Positions 1 through 10,365 are shown, counted from the first letter of the stretch. The stretch is DNA of 64,000 bases from Candidatus Bathyarchaeota archaeon (GCA_963770935.1 CAVYRJ010000009.1:32001-96000); one strand, 5' to 3'. Translations and numbers: made by a program. The notes: a model not told the origin generated them from the sequence alone.

Positions 1-270
1 GACATGAATGGCAATTATGGCTTAGCATTTACCCCTGAAGTTCCTGGAAACTACAAAATAATCGCAGATTTCGCAGGCACTAAGTCATATTACCCATCGA
101 CTTCAACAACATACCTATCTGTTGGCGAAACAGCTCCAACTCCAACACAACAACCACAAGTAGCTTTGCCTCCGACTGAAATGTACTTTGCAATCTCAAC
201 ATTAGCCATAATCGCAGCAATCGCCGTAATCGGCGGTTTAATAATGATGATGCTGAGGAAGCGTCAATAA
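1..270 (+). CDS. C-terminal end of a large beta-propeller-type surface protein (truncated by window start)
   Basis: GNYGLAFTPEVPGNYKIIADFAG..YYPS, P/T linker, TM helix and RKRQ tail closely parallel the C-termini of 37632..40172 and 40715..43399. Confidence 0.85.
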   Translation, partial: DMNGNYGLAFTPEVPGNYKIIADFAGTKSYYPSTSTTYLSVGETAPTPTQQPQVALPPTEMYFAISTLAIIAAIAVIGGLIMMMLRKRQ

Positions 271-347
271 AGACATAGCAACCACAAAACAATATCCTTT
301 TTTCTTTTGTTCTACAATTGACACAATTTTTACATAATTTAAGAAAT

Positions 348-893
348 CTATAGTTTTTTCCAGTTTACAAGTATTGGCGGGAAGTTTTCATACGCTAATT
401 CGTAATTGCTACTCGTGTAATTGCCTGACACTTTAATGGTAATATAAGATGTCTGTTTAATATCCTCACTTACCAATATTCCCTCACTTGTCACATTATT
501 GTTTATAGTAGCTATTGCTACGTCATTTTCTTTTAAGAAAAAGTTGTTTTCATACAGTACATATGTTCTGCGAGAGGACATATCTGAAATTACCTCTATG
601 TAGAGCACTATTTGAGTTAGGTTTGCATCTTTATCGTAGCTTCTGTTTGTCTCTAAATATTTTATCAAGCAATCATCGGGCAAATTCGATGTAGGCGCTG
701 GCGTTAACTCAATTAATGGATAACTTGTATGATTTGGAGTTGGCGAAATACTTGGTTGCGGAGTTGTTATTGTATTATTTTCTTCAGTTATAGTACTGTT
801 ATTAACAACAACTGTTGAGTTGCTATTTTGGTTAATTTGTAAAGCATTTCTGGTGTGATAATTCACGTACACACCTGCAACAATCAATATCAT
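348..893 (-). CDS. Hypothetical membrane-anchored/secreted protein
   Basis: Hydrophobic N-terminus (frame stays open upstream), N/T/P-rich linker, many N-x-S/T sequons. Confidence 0.6.
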   Translation of the reverse strand: MILIVAGVYVNYHTRNALQINQNSNSTVVVNNSTITEENNTITTPQPSISPTPNHTSYPLIELTPAPTSNLPDDCLIKYLETNRSYDKDANLTQIVLYIEVISDMSSRRTYVLYENNFFLKENDVAIATINNNVTSEGILVSEDIKQTSYITIKVSGNYTSSNYELAYENFPPILVNWKKL

Positions 894-1269
894 TAAAACT
901 ATTATTGCAGCAGTGATTATTCTAACTTGTTTCTTTTGAATTCTAATGCGCCTTCCAAGTATTTCTTAAATGCAGTATGAAAATAATTCGCTTATATTGA
1001 ATCTTTAGTATTTAAAAATATTTTAGGTCAGATGGAGTGTTTTGCATTTTCATCTCTTTATGTCCAAAGCTTATCTTTTCTACTGGTCCATACATGACTA
1101 AATATTCAGGTTCATAGCGGGTATCTTGCCAAGAGTTAAGCACAAGATCTCAAATTTCAAAAATAAGGTTATGCCTAATGGGTAAGTCGAAGTTTATTCG
1201 GATTAGATCCTTCCATGGTTTTTTTGCTTGTAAAATAAGTTAGTTTTATAAAGATATAGGAATCACTAA

Positions 1270-1389
1270 CCGACACAAGCACCGGCATCTTTAGCTGATC
1301 AGTACTTGTTGCCCGCTACCGCAGGGATAATTGTAGCAATCGCGATAGCCACAATCGTTATTGTGTAGTTTTCAAGAAAACGATCATAA
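1270..1389 (+). pseudogene. Orphan C-terminal remnant of a surface-protein paralog
   Basis: Translates PTQAPASLADQYLLPATAGIIVAIAIATIVIV*FSRKRS*: linker, TM and KR tail with an internal stop, followed by the same CCTTTTT terminator as the paralogs. Confidence 0.7.
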
Positions 1390-1582
1390 AATCAACATTT
1401 ACAAAAACCATTTCCTTTTTCTTTTTTATTTTTGCCAAAAATAGGGCTTCTACGAAGTTGTTCTGCCCTAAATAAGGACCATGATTTTTCGCAGTTCGCT
1501 TTTCCCAGAGGTTTAGCTTTCTGCACCACTAACCATAATAGGCAGAAAGTAGAATCTTCTGGATGAGGGTTACCTGAAAGTA

Positions 1583-1729
1583 ATGTCATTTAGAGATCCT
1601 GTTTGCGGAATGGTTCTAGACGAGAACACAGCTAAATTCAAAATTTCTTATGATGGTGAAACCTACCATTTTTGCAGCCTCGTTTGTAAGAAACGCTTCA
1701 AAAGACACGCCTCAAAATTCATAAAATAA
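1583..1729 (+). CDS. YHS/TRASH-domain small metal-binding protein (48 aa; not in ORF track)
   Basis: MSFRDPVCGMVLDENTAKFKISYDGETYHFCSLVCKKRF: DPVCGM...YxFCSxxC signature. Confidence 0.85.
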   Translation: MSFRDPVCGMVLDENTAKFKISYDGETYHFCSLVCKKRFKRHASKFIK

Positions 1730-1768
1730 AAATATTTATTTTAAACAAAAAAGAAAGGGTTTTGTTGT

Positions 1769-2491
1769 TTATTTTTGCTTGAAGATTTTCCAAACGAGAG
1801 CAGCCAAGATTCCGCCGATTATTGGCCCAATGATGAATAGCCAAAGTTGACTTAGCGCTGTGGTGTCTGCTAAGCCAGCGATGATTGCTGGTCCTAAACT
1901 TCGTGCTGGGTTCACGGATGTACCATCTATGGGTATTGCAACAAGGTGGATAAGCACAAGGGTTAAACCGATTGCTAAGCCTGCGAATCCTTTAGGCGCT
2001 TTTTCACTGGTTGAACCGTGAACTACGAGTACAAAAATGAAAGTCAAGACTATTTCAGCAATTAACGCAGATGCCATGGTATAACCAGCTGGAGACGCAA
2101 GGTCATAGCCGTTTTGGCCCAAATTTGCAGCATTAAACGATGGACCCCCCATTGCTATCGTGTACAGTATGCCTGCTCCGATAATTGCACCTATGCATTG
2201 AAAAACAACATAAAACGCCGTGTCTTTCACACTTAGTTTTCCTGCAACCAACATTGATATTGAAATTGCAGGGTTAATGTGACAACCGGAAATTGTGCCT
2301 ATCGTGTAAGCCATAGCTACCACCGAAAGACCAAAAGCAAAAGAAATCCCTGAGAAACCTATAGCGTTACCCGCAATGACAGCGCTGCCGCAACCCATCA
2401 ACACCAAAACCATTGTTCCGATCAGTTCAGCAACATATTTTTTTGTTGGTGTAATTGGAGTTGGTATTGCAATTTTTTCTGATTCAGTCAT
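1769..2491 (-). CDS. aqpZ: Aquaporin (MIP family, AqpZ-like)
   Basis: Two NPA motifs (HINPA, SVNPARS), AELIGT, six TM segments. Confidence 0.92.
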   Translation of the reverse strand: MTESEKIAIPTPITPTKKYVAELIGTMVLVLMGCGSAVIAGNAIGFSGISFAFGLSVVAMAYTIGTISGCHINPAISISMLVAGKLSVKDTAFYVVFQCIGAIIGAGILYTIAMGGPSFNAANLGQNGYDLASPAGYTMASALIAEIVLTFIFVLVVHGSTSEKAPKGFAGLAIGLTLVLIHLVAIPIDGTSVNPARSLGPAIIAGLADTTALSQLWLFIIGPIIGGILAALVWKIFKQK

Positions 2492-2586
2492 TTCTTTTTC
2501 CTCTTATTTTTCTAATTTACTTTCAGTTTTCTATCAAATTACTTATAATAGTTTTCATCAAGAAAGCGCTAAAACAGAACCGCTGC

Positions 2587-3864
2587 TCAGAGTTTTTCGC
2601 TAGCAGAAATATCCATCATCATCAAACCTGAAACCAGCTTTGGATAAAAATCCGTGCTTTTCTCAGGCAAGAGCTCATGTTGTTGCGCTATTTCTGCAAC
2701 TGTTTTGGCGCTAATCGGGTTAACTAAGAATGCGATGCTAGCTTCTCCATGGTCAACTTTCTCTACAGCTTCTTTAGCCCAACGCACGTAGAGAATGTTC
2801 TCATCCATGCTTAATTCACCAGTTTTAAGGATAAACCTAAAAACTATGTCTCTTAGGATAACTACGTCAAAGATTTTAGTTTCCTTCGAAACGTTAGCAT
2901 TTACGAAGTCATAGACAGCTTTATCGTGCTTCAACAACAAACCAAAAGCTTTTGAACCATCATATACACAAAAAGCATGTTCATTAGTATGGTTTTTAAG
3001 AAAACTCTCTAAAGCATCAACTTCGGGTTCAACTTCTACCAGGTCAAAGAAAAACTTGAAGGCGTGCACTAAATCTTCGGTTAGCTTGTAATCTTTCAGC
3101 AACCTATGCGTTGGCAAAACAATTAGTCCTTCTTCTTGAACAGGTACAAGGTAGCTCATTTGGAAGTTGAAGGCATCGTCTTCTGTCCAGTTGCCTTTGC
3201 CTCGCATCTCATCTCGGTAAGCCAACGCGCTCTCATAGCGGTGGTGTCCATCCGTTATCACCATCGTCTTAGCCTTTAGATACGCCTGTAACTGATTGAT
3301 TTTTTCTGGCTCAGTTATCATCCAAACTGTATGCTTAACTTGCAATGTATCTGTAACTTGGATTAATGGCTTGGTTTTTGCTGTTTCTTCTAAGAAATCG
3401 ATGGTTTTTCTTTCTTGGTCTTGGTAGATTAAAAAAACGGGTTCGAGGTCTTTTTGGACAGTTCGCAGCATGATTAAGCGGTCAGCTTTAGGTGCTTTGT
3501 AGGTGCCTTCATGCGGAAACACCCTGTTTTCGTTGTATGCGTAAAGCCTTAGAGCTGCGATTATTCCTGTACGCTCGTATTTTTTACCGTCTAAGCTAAA
3601 TTCCTGACGAGAAACAAAAATCGCTGGTTGAGTTTCTTTTGCCATTATGCCCTCTTTTAGCCATTGTGTGATGCGTTCGTTTGCGACTTGGTACTTGTTT
3701 TTTTCTAAGGGCAGAATCAAGCGGCAGTAATTATATTGCGACTTGGCATAATATTTTCTTTGCATTTCAGTGTCTATTTTGTCGTATGGCTGTGTTATCA
3801 AATCTTCTGGGCTGCCAGCTTTCTTTGTATATCGTATGGCTTTGAAGTGTCGGATGTCAACCAA
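2587..3864 (-). CDS. DUF1015 family protein (ParB-like DGHHR motif)
   Basis: PYDKI, FPHE, DGHHRY, PTHR, KSTDFYPK motifs; last gene of the serC-serA operon; probable TTG start. Confidence 0.85.
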   Translation of the reverse strand: MVDIRHFKAIRYTKKAGSPEDLITQPYDKIDTEMQRKYYAKSQYNYCRLILPLEKNKYQVANERITQWLKEGIMAKETQPAIFVSRQEFSLDGKKYERTGIIAALRLYAYNENRVFPHEGTYKAPKADRLIMLRTVQKDLEPVFLIYQDQERKTIDFLEETAKTKPLIQVTDTLQVKHTVWMITEPEKINQLQAYLKAKTMVITDGHHRYESALAYRDEMRGKGNWTEDDAFNFQMSYLVPVQEEGLIVLPTHRLLKDYKLTEDLVHAFKFFFDLVEVEPEVDALESFLKNHTNEHAFCVYDGSKAFGLLLKHDKAVYDFVNANVSKETKIFDVVILRDIVFRFILKTGELSMDENILYVRWAKEAVEKVDHGEASIAFLVNPISAKTVAEIAQQHELLPEKSTDFYPKLVSGLMMMDISASEKL

Positions 3865-3874
3865 ACGTTTCAGC

Positions 3875-4771
3875 TCACATTTTTTCGAGCGCATCAATAA
3901 CGGCTTTAGCTATTTGTATGCTGGCTTTTAGTTGCGCTTCATGTGTTTGCGCACCCATATGGGGCGTTGCAATCACGTTGTTTAATGTGAGTAGTTTGTT
4001 GTTTTTTGGCGGTTCCTCCTCAAAAACATCCAATGCTGCACCAGCCACCTTTCCTGACACAAGGGCCTGGTAGAGCGCTTCTTGGTCCACGACGCCACCG
4101 CGGGAACAGTCGATTAGCATAACTCCTTTTTTCATTAAGTTGAACTCTTTGGTTGAGATCATGTGACGCGTGTGGGGTGTTAGTGGCACGTGGATTGTTA
4201 TGAAGTCTGCTTGGGGTAGCATTTCACCGAGCGGAACGAATCGGTCGTAAACGCATTCTTCCACAGGCAACACCTTCATGCCCAAGGCTGTAGCTAAGTG
4301 TTCAACGGTTTTGCCGATGTATCCGCAGCCGATGACGCCTAAGGTTTTGCCGTTGACTTCGTTGCCGATTAATTCCTCTTTTTCCCATTTTCCTTCACGT
4401 AGACTGGTTGTGCCCTGCACGATATTTCGTGACAAAGCCAACATGTAACCGATGGTTAATTCTGCAACGCTTATGTATGAAACATGAGGGGTATTCACCA
4501 GCTTGATGCCCATTTTTTGGGCTTTTTCATAGTCCACATTGTCTAATCCTTCGCCTGCCCGACCAATTATTTTGAGTTGTTTGGCATTGTCAAGCAGTTC
4601 CCCCTTCACTTTGGTTGCTGACCGAACGATTAGCACATCATAATCAGCGATGATTTTGGGTAACTCAGCCTTTGGCATATCCCATGCTCGCATGACTTGG
4701 TAGCCTTTATCCTCGAGAAGTTTTATGCCTTCGTCAAATATTTTATCACTTACGAGGATTTTGATAGTCAC
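3875..4771 (-). CDS. serA: D-3-phosphoglycerate dehydrogenase (short form, no ACT domain)
   Basis: VRSATKV, GRAGEGLDNVD, GxGxIG, LDVFEEEP, TPHMGAQT. Confidence 0.85.
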   Translation of the reverse strand: MTIKILVSDKIFDEGIKLLEDKGYQVMRAWDMPKAELPKIIADYDVLIVRSATKVKGELLDNAKQLKIIGRAGEGLDNVDYEKAQKMGIKLVNTPHVSYISVAELTIGYMLALSRNIVQGTTSLREGKWEKEELIGNEVNGKTLGVIGCGYIGKTVEHLATALGMKVLPVEECVYDRFVPLGEMLPQADFITIHVPLTPHTRHMISTKEFNLMKKGVMLIDCSRGGVVDQEALYQALVSGKVAGAALDVFEEEPPKNNKLLTLNNVIATPHMGAQTHEAQLKASIQIAKAVIDALEKM

Positions 4772-5844
4772 TTTAATCCCCAAATCTCGTCAATTAACCC
4801 AATGACTTCCTTAATGCCATCGAGGTTCCATTCGCCCATGTGACCGATGCGGAAGGTTTTCTCTGCCAATTTGCCGTAGCCGCCAGAAATCATGTAACCT
4901 TTCTCTGCGAGTTTCTGGTTGAGTTCTTTGACGTTTTTGCCCAAGGTATTGTTTATGCAGCTAACGGTGATAGATTCGTATCCTGCTTCGGGAAACATCG
5001 CAAAATGCTTCTTTGCCCATTGTTGAGTGTATATTGCCATATCCAAGTGGCGTTGGTAAACTTTATCGTAGGTTTCCTCAAGCAAAAGATCCATTCGTTT
5101 GTTTAGCGCATAAAGCAATGGAATATTTGGTGTAAATGGGGTTTGGTGTTTCTTTTCAAACTCAAAGATGTCCACCAAGTCGGTGTATGCTCCTCTGTTT
5201 GGAACCTGTTTGGCACGTTCAATCGCACGGTCATTTACGAGTGCAACTGCTAAGCCAGGTGGCAAAGCGAAGCATTTCTGGGTAGAACCAAAGACTATGT
5301 CGCAGTTCATCTCTGAAGGCAAAGTTTTGTCTCCAGCCATCGAAGAAACAGCATCCACAGCAAATATAATGTCAGGATACTCTTTTTTTACCATCTTGCC
5401 GATTTCAGCTATAGGGTTTCTTACACCTGTGGAGGTTTCGTTGTGGCAAACCGATAGGGTGTCGTATTTGCCGCTTGCAAGTTTTTCTGCAACCATTTCA
5501 GGTTTAATTGCTTTGCCCATTTCAACTTCGATGACATCGGTTTCTTTACCGCATGCAGCAAGGGTTTGGGCACTTCGCTGTGAGAAAGCGCCGTTTACGC
5601 ATGCCAAGGCTTTTTGTTTTACGATGCTTCGACCGATTATGTCAAACCACAACGTGCCTGATGAAGTGGTTACTGTGGGTTTGAAGTCTGCGGTTAGCTG
5701 GAAGAATTTGGCTATTTTATCAGTTATTCCGCCATATAAGTCAGAGAACTCTTTTTCTCTGTGGCCGATTAGGTAGTGAGTTTGTTCGTTAAGCATTTCT
5801 TTACTTACTTCGGTTGGACCGGGAATCAAGAGTTTCTTATGCAT
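4768..5844 (-). CDS. Class V PLP aminotransferase, probable phosphoserine aminotransferase
   Basis: IPGPT, HNETSTG, DAVSS, STQKC, FRIGHMG; overlaps the serA start. Confidence 0.85.
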   Translation of the reverse strand: MHKKLLIPGPTEVSKEMLNEQTHYLIGHREKEFSDLYGGITDKIAKFFQLTADFKPTVTTSSGTLWFDIIGRSIVKQKALACVNGAFSQRSAQTLAACGKETDVIEVEMGKAIKPEMVAEKLASGKYDTLSVCHNETSTGVRNPIAEIGKMVKKEYPDIIFAVDAVSSMAGDKTLPSEMNCDIVFGSTQKCFALPPGLAVALVNDRAIERAKQVPNRGAYTDLVDIFEFEKKHQTPFTPNIPLLYALNKRMDLLLEETYDKVYQRHLDMAIYTQQWAKKHFAMFPEAGYESITVSCINNTLGKNVKELNQKLAEKGYMISGGYGKLAEKTFRIGHMGEWNLDGIKEVIGLIDEIWGLK

Positions 5845-6156
5845 GAGCAAACCTTCAGCAAAAGAGGTTAAACCTTTAAAATATAAGGCTTTATGTAACA
5901 AATAATAACGCCTTTCAAGCATCAATGAACCATTGAAGCTTAATGATGGAAAAAACTAAAATCCCTACATAAAGCGAAAATCTTTATTGGGTGTATGTAT
6001 CATTACTAATAATCAGCAAGGGCTTATTGAAAAAGTACCTTTTTGCTGTTTTCAAGAATTGAAATATATCGAATTTAGCAATTTGATTCTTAAACCCTGA
6101 CAACAAAACTATGTTTTGATACGGAAGACGAAGCAGATGAGAAGGAGAAGGCTTCA

Positions 6157-6507
6157 ATGTACACTCTGAAGGCAGAGATAATCCCAAGTTTCCTAATTAT
6201 CTTACTTGGCTCCATAGACGCCATAACCACAGTTATAGGCGTACTGTACTTTGGAGCCGCCGAGTTGAACCCCTTAATGAATGGCATCGTGAACACAAGC
6301 ATCCTTGCGTTTCTAGCTCTTAAAATCGCGGCAACTTTTCTGATTGGTTTTACCTACATTCTAGCCAAAAGAACCTTAAATAAAACCATTAACAAAGAAA
6401 GCCGCACGTTCAGGTACTCAAACAGGCTCATGAAGGTAGCCTACTTAGGCTTGATGGTTTTCCTAGTAATCGTTGTTGTCAACAACCTCACAATTCTCTT
6501 GGCATGA
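6157..6507 (+). CDS. Small membrane protein (DUF5658-like)
   Basis: DAITT...ELNPLM...K pattern, three hydrophobic segments. Confidence 0.7.
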   Translation: MYTLKAEIIPSFLIILLGSIDAITTVIGVLYFGAAELNPLMNGIVNTSILAFLALKIAATFLIGFTYILAKRTLNKTINKESRTFRYSNRLMKVAYLGLMVFLVIVVVNNLTILLA

Positions 6508-6737
6508 ACTAACCCTGTTGTGGGCTATTCTTTTAGAAACTCTGTATAATCGGAGCTTCGAAGCAAAATAAACTCGCGCCTTAGCAAATCGATTTTAAGC
6601 TTCAGCATTCTTTAGTTGCGTTGTCCTCCAGAACTCATGTCGTTAGTCTTATTAAACGAAAACTTGATAAATACATGAAACTATAATCATCTAAAGAAAA
6701 CTCGTGTTTTATGTAAACTTTTTGAGGATGAAAAAAA

Positions 6738-7667
6738 ATGATTGAAAATGATGTCGATGATTTGAGATTGCGATTAGGCTGGCTACCAGATTATCCAAGC
6801 ATAAAGGACTATACTAAGAATCAGGACAAAGTCGCTGAAAAACTGTATCGCTTAGGCCAAAAAGACTCAATTAAGACAATGCTAAACAAAGTGGGAGTGC
6901 TAAAAGAAGCGCCTGAAGCAGTTCCAGCTTCAGTCGATCTTAGAGAATGGTGCCCCCCAGTTGAGGATCAAGGTACACTTGGTTCATGCACTGCAAACGC
7001 AGGGGTAGGATTAGTTGAATACTTTGAGAAACGCGCTTTCGGAAAGCATCTTGACGCGTCCAGACTTTTTCTCTACAAAGTTACAAGAAACTTGCTGCAC
7101 TGGACAGGCGACACAGGAGCCTTCTTAAGAAGCACAATGGAAGCCATGGTGCTCTTCGGCGTGCCTCCCGAAGAATATTACCCATACAAAATAGCCGACT
7201 TCGAAGTAGAACCCTCTGCTTTCCTTTACGCGTTCGCGGACAACTACAAGACAATCCAATACTACAGAATGGATCCCCCTGGAACCGCCAAGCCTGCTTT
7301 GCTGCAAACGATAAAGACATTTCTTTCCGCGGGTTTACCCTCAATGTTCGGGTTCACAGTCTACAACTCCCTCAACCAAGCCGCAACAACTGGTAAGATA
7401 CCGTATCCTGTTCCAAGCGACAAAGTTGCAGGCGGACACGCGGTCGTTGCAGTGGGCTACGACAACAAAATAACAATCACAAACACGAACTCCGGCGGTA
7501 AACAAACAAAAGGCGCATTGCTCATAAGAAATTCTTGGGGTCCGCTGTGGGGAGGAATGGGCGGTTACCTATGGTTGCCGTACGAGTATGTTCTCAGCGG
7601 ATTAGCCACAGACTGGTGGTCCCTGCTCAAAAACGATTGGATAAACACAGATCAATTCAAGATTTAA
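6738..7667 (+). CDS. Papain-like cysteine peptidase (family C1A)
   Basis: VDLR, QGTLGSCT (Cys), GGHAV (His), RNSWG (Asn). Confidence 0.92.
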   Translation: MIENDVDDLRLRLGWLPDYPSIKDYTKNQDKVAEKLYRLGQKDSIKTMLNKVGVLKEAPEAVPASVDLREWCPPVEDQGTLGSCTANAGVGLVEYFEKRAFGKHLDASRLFLYKVTRNLLHWTGDTGAFLRSTMEAMVLFGVPPEEYYPYKIADFEVEPSAFLYAFADNYKTIQYYRMDPPGTAKPALLQTIKTFLSAGLPSMFGFTVYNSLNQAATTGKIPYPVPSDKVAGGHAVVAVGYDNKITITNTNSGGKQTKGALLIRNSWGPLWGGMGGYLWLPYEYVLSGLATDWWSLLKNDWINTDQFKI

Positions 7668-7809
7668 GGGCATAATTTAGCACCAAACAACCAAAATCCT
7701 TTCTTTTTGCATTTTTATCTTCTAAGCAAAAGAAGAAAACAAAAATGAACAGTCTAACAAATCAAAATTTAAGCTTCTAATTATTTCTTAAATCAACAAG
7801 GATCGGACA

Positions 7810-9372
7810 TTAAGCCCTAACTATTTTCTCCAGATCATAAAGATATTTAGGAACATTCTTGTTGCTCTTCAAAGTCTGCATGAACAAACCCTTGTCTTCA
7901 TAAATGGAGAGCGGATCAAGTTCGCTGGGGAAAAAACTCAATTCAGCTTCAGTCATACCGATAACCCTCTCAAGAACATCCGAAATTGAAAACATTGGCA
8001 CCACATCTGACCCGTCACCAACAGAAACGGGAAATTCTTCGATTTCAAGTTGAGGTGGCTCCTCTCCAAACTTAAAAGTCACTGGTTTATCTTTATACTT
8101 GCGGGCGGCTTTCTGCGGGTCCTGCAACGTTTCTGTCAGCCGAGTTTTCACTTCTTCCAAAGTAATATTGCCAAACGCTACACCAGGTTCTAGTATATCA
8201 ATACCCTTTTTTATCGAGCCTATTTGGAGCGTTTCATAATCCTGCAATCCCAACATATTCAACAGGTCAAAGTCCCCAAATCTAGGTCTACCTTCGATTG
8301 TGACAAGTCGAATATTTCTCTCAGTTGCTTTTATTAAACTGCGATAAGGATCTTTGTTTAGACGTTCAGTAACCAGAATATCTGCAAGGTAGTTAGCCTC
8401 AATCCTACCTAACCTATCATCCCACCTAATTGCCTTCGCAGGATTGATAATAACCATATCAACAAGTTCTTTATCGCTGAAAATTTTCCCAAGCCCTTTT
8501 TTGTTAATTAAGTCTGCAACCTTAAGTTCCCACAGCAAATTCTTACTGCCCGTTGGACTCCAATCAGGTCCAAGACAAATGAGCACTCCATTTTTCTTCG
8601 CGTAACTAACCCTCGCGGTTGAACCGTAAAGGAGCATGTTGCTAAGAGGAGACCAAACAAGTGTGACGCCTTTTTGACCAAAATCCACAAAATGTGTTTT
8701 TCTTAACGCGTTACAATGAATAGCCACAAGCTTGTCACGAAGAAGATTGTGCTTCTTCAATTCGTCAAACTCTTTCTCAAGCTCTTTGCTAATGCCTTCA
8801 GCTAAGTGATAAATGAACGCGTTGCCCTTATCCATCTTTTTCGAATAGTCTAAAAACTCATCAGGTCTGATGGGCTGAACACTCTGGAAAACTGGAGGTT
8901 CCAGAGAACCAAAAGGTTCAACCTCCACATTTCTAAGTAACCACGCTGCATAAGTTCCTTTAAACTTCGAATAGCCATCAATAGTTGTTACTCCGCCTAT
9001 GAGCGATTTAACCTCACAATACTTTACAAGCTCTACACCATTAGTTATTGCCAGAAGATTCGCAGGCGTACTTATTTCAAGCTCATATCTTTTTAGACGA
9101 GGCCACTCATATCTGTCTCTAAAAGGCTTATTGCCATCAATTTTCCAAAGTGGAAGAAAATCGAAAGGCAAATGATTATGCAAATCAATCAAACCAGGAT
9201 AAATGTACCCATCTGTTTCGATCTTAGCAACACCGTTAAAGTTTGAAGGAATGTCCTGCTCTTTAGCTGCTACCGAAACGATTTTTTTCTCATCCACGCA
9301 AACGAATCCATCATTAATGATGTCACCTGATTCGTTAAAAGTTACAATAGTTCCCTTGAGGATATACTTCAT
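7810..9372 (-). CDS. Metal-dependent amidohydrolase (deaminase-like)
   Basis: PGLIDLHNH, HLAEG, IHC, GPDW metal-ligand motifs; GRIE..YLAD. Confidence 0.85.
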   Translation of the reverse strand: MKYILKGTIVTFNESGDIINDGFVCVDEKKIVSVAAKEQDIPSNFNGVAKIETDGYIYPGLIDLHNHLPFDFLPLWKIDGNKPFRDRYEWPRLKRYELEISTPANLLAITNGVELVKYCEVKSLIGGVTTIDGYSKFKGTYAAWLLRNVEVEPFGSLEPPVFQSVQPIRPDEFLDYSKKMDKGNAFIYHLAEGISKELEKEFDELKKHNLLRDKLVAIHCNALRKTHFVDFGQKGVTLVWSPLSNMLLYGSTARVSYAKKNGVLICLGPDWSPTGSKNLLWELKVADLINKKGLGKIFSDKELVDMVIINPAKAIRWDDRLGRIEANYLADILVTERLNKDPYRSLIKATERNIRLVTIEGRPRFGDFDLLNMLGLQDYETLQIGSIKKGIDILEPGVAFGNITLEEVKTRLTETLQDPQKAARKYKDKPVTFKFGEEPPQLEIEEFPVSVGDGSDVVPMFSISDVLERVIGMTEAELSFFPSELDPLSIYEDKGLFMQTLKSNKNVPKYLYDLEKIVRA

Positions 9373-9537
9373 AATGGTTACTCCTCTATAATTTGTTTAA
9401 CTCACGCTTACTACATTTATGAATTGCCCAAGACCAAGGCGTTACCGCAATTATGGAAAAATTGAAATACGCCAAATAATAATAGACAAATTAGTCCTTT
9501 ATATCAATTTTTTGTAAGAGGACTCGATATCCAAAAA

Positions 9538-10365
9538 ATGGTGAAGAAATTGACAAAATTTGATCCAGGCTACTGCTCAGAACCTTTTAAAACTCTCTGT
9601 ACAAATTATCCAAACTCAGATGTATACGATCCACTCCACTTCCGCGTGGAATGGGGTCCCATTTTTCACAGAGGTCGCTTAGACGGATCAGCTAAAATCC
9701 TTGTAATAGGCCAGGACCCCGCCCAACACGAAACAATTGTTCGAAGAATCTTGGTAGGTGAAGCAGGTCGAAGAATACAGGGATTTATGGCTAAGCTTGG
9801 GATAACACGAAGTTATACCATGATAAACACATTTCTATACAGTGTTTACGGGAATCCAACTGCGAAGAGTAGGAAAAACCCTCAACTTGTTAATTACCGA
9901 AACCTATGGCTTGATGCTCTTCTTTTAGGAAAACCGGTTGAAGGCGTGGTTGCGTTAGGCGATCGCGCGGACGAGGCATGGAAGATGTGGAAAGCAACAG
10001 CAAATGGACAGTCTTTCCAGAAGGCATTTGTTAAAATTACTCATCCCACGCAGCCAGAGAGTTTTTCAAAAGGAAATCATGCAAAGCTTACGGCGGCAAC
10101 CAAAAAGATGCTGCAAAACTGGAACTCTGGACTCCAAACACTGGCGCCTTCGATAAGCAACCCAGATAAACAAACTCCGCTTGTTCTTTACGGAGATTCC
10201 TTCGCCCAAGATGAGAAGTCAGAAATTTCTGAAGAAGACTTTCCAGCTGGTTTGCCATACTGGATGAGGGAAAATGATGGATGGGCACGTAGAGTTGGCA
10301 AAACAACAATGGATAAACGTGCAAATATTACGATAACGGTGCCTAAAAAGAATCTTCCCCAATAG
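9538..10365 (+). CDS. Uracil-DNA glycosylase superfamily protein (atypical)
   Basis: ILVIGQDPA (motif A), LVGEAGRR, VVALG, ITHPT (motif B); no 4Fe-4S cysteine set. Confidence 0.75.
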   Translation: MVKKLTKFDPGYCSEPFKTLCTNYPNSDVYDPLHFRVEWGPIFHRGRLDGSAKILVIGQDPAQHETIVRRILVGEAGRRIQGFMAKLGITRSYTMINTFLYSVYGNPTAKSRKNPQLVNYRNLWLDALLLGKPVEGVVALGDRADEAWKMWKATANGQSFQKAFVKITHPTQPESFSKGNHAKLTAATKKMLQNWNSGLQTLAPSISNPDKQTPLVLYGDSFAQDEKSEISEEDFPAGLPYWMRENDGWARRVGKTTMDKRANITITVPKKNLPQ

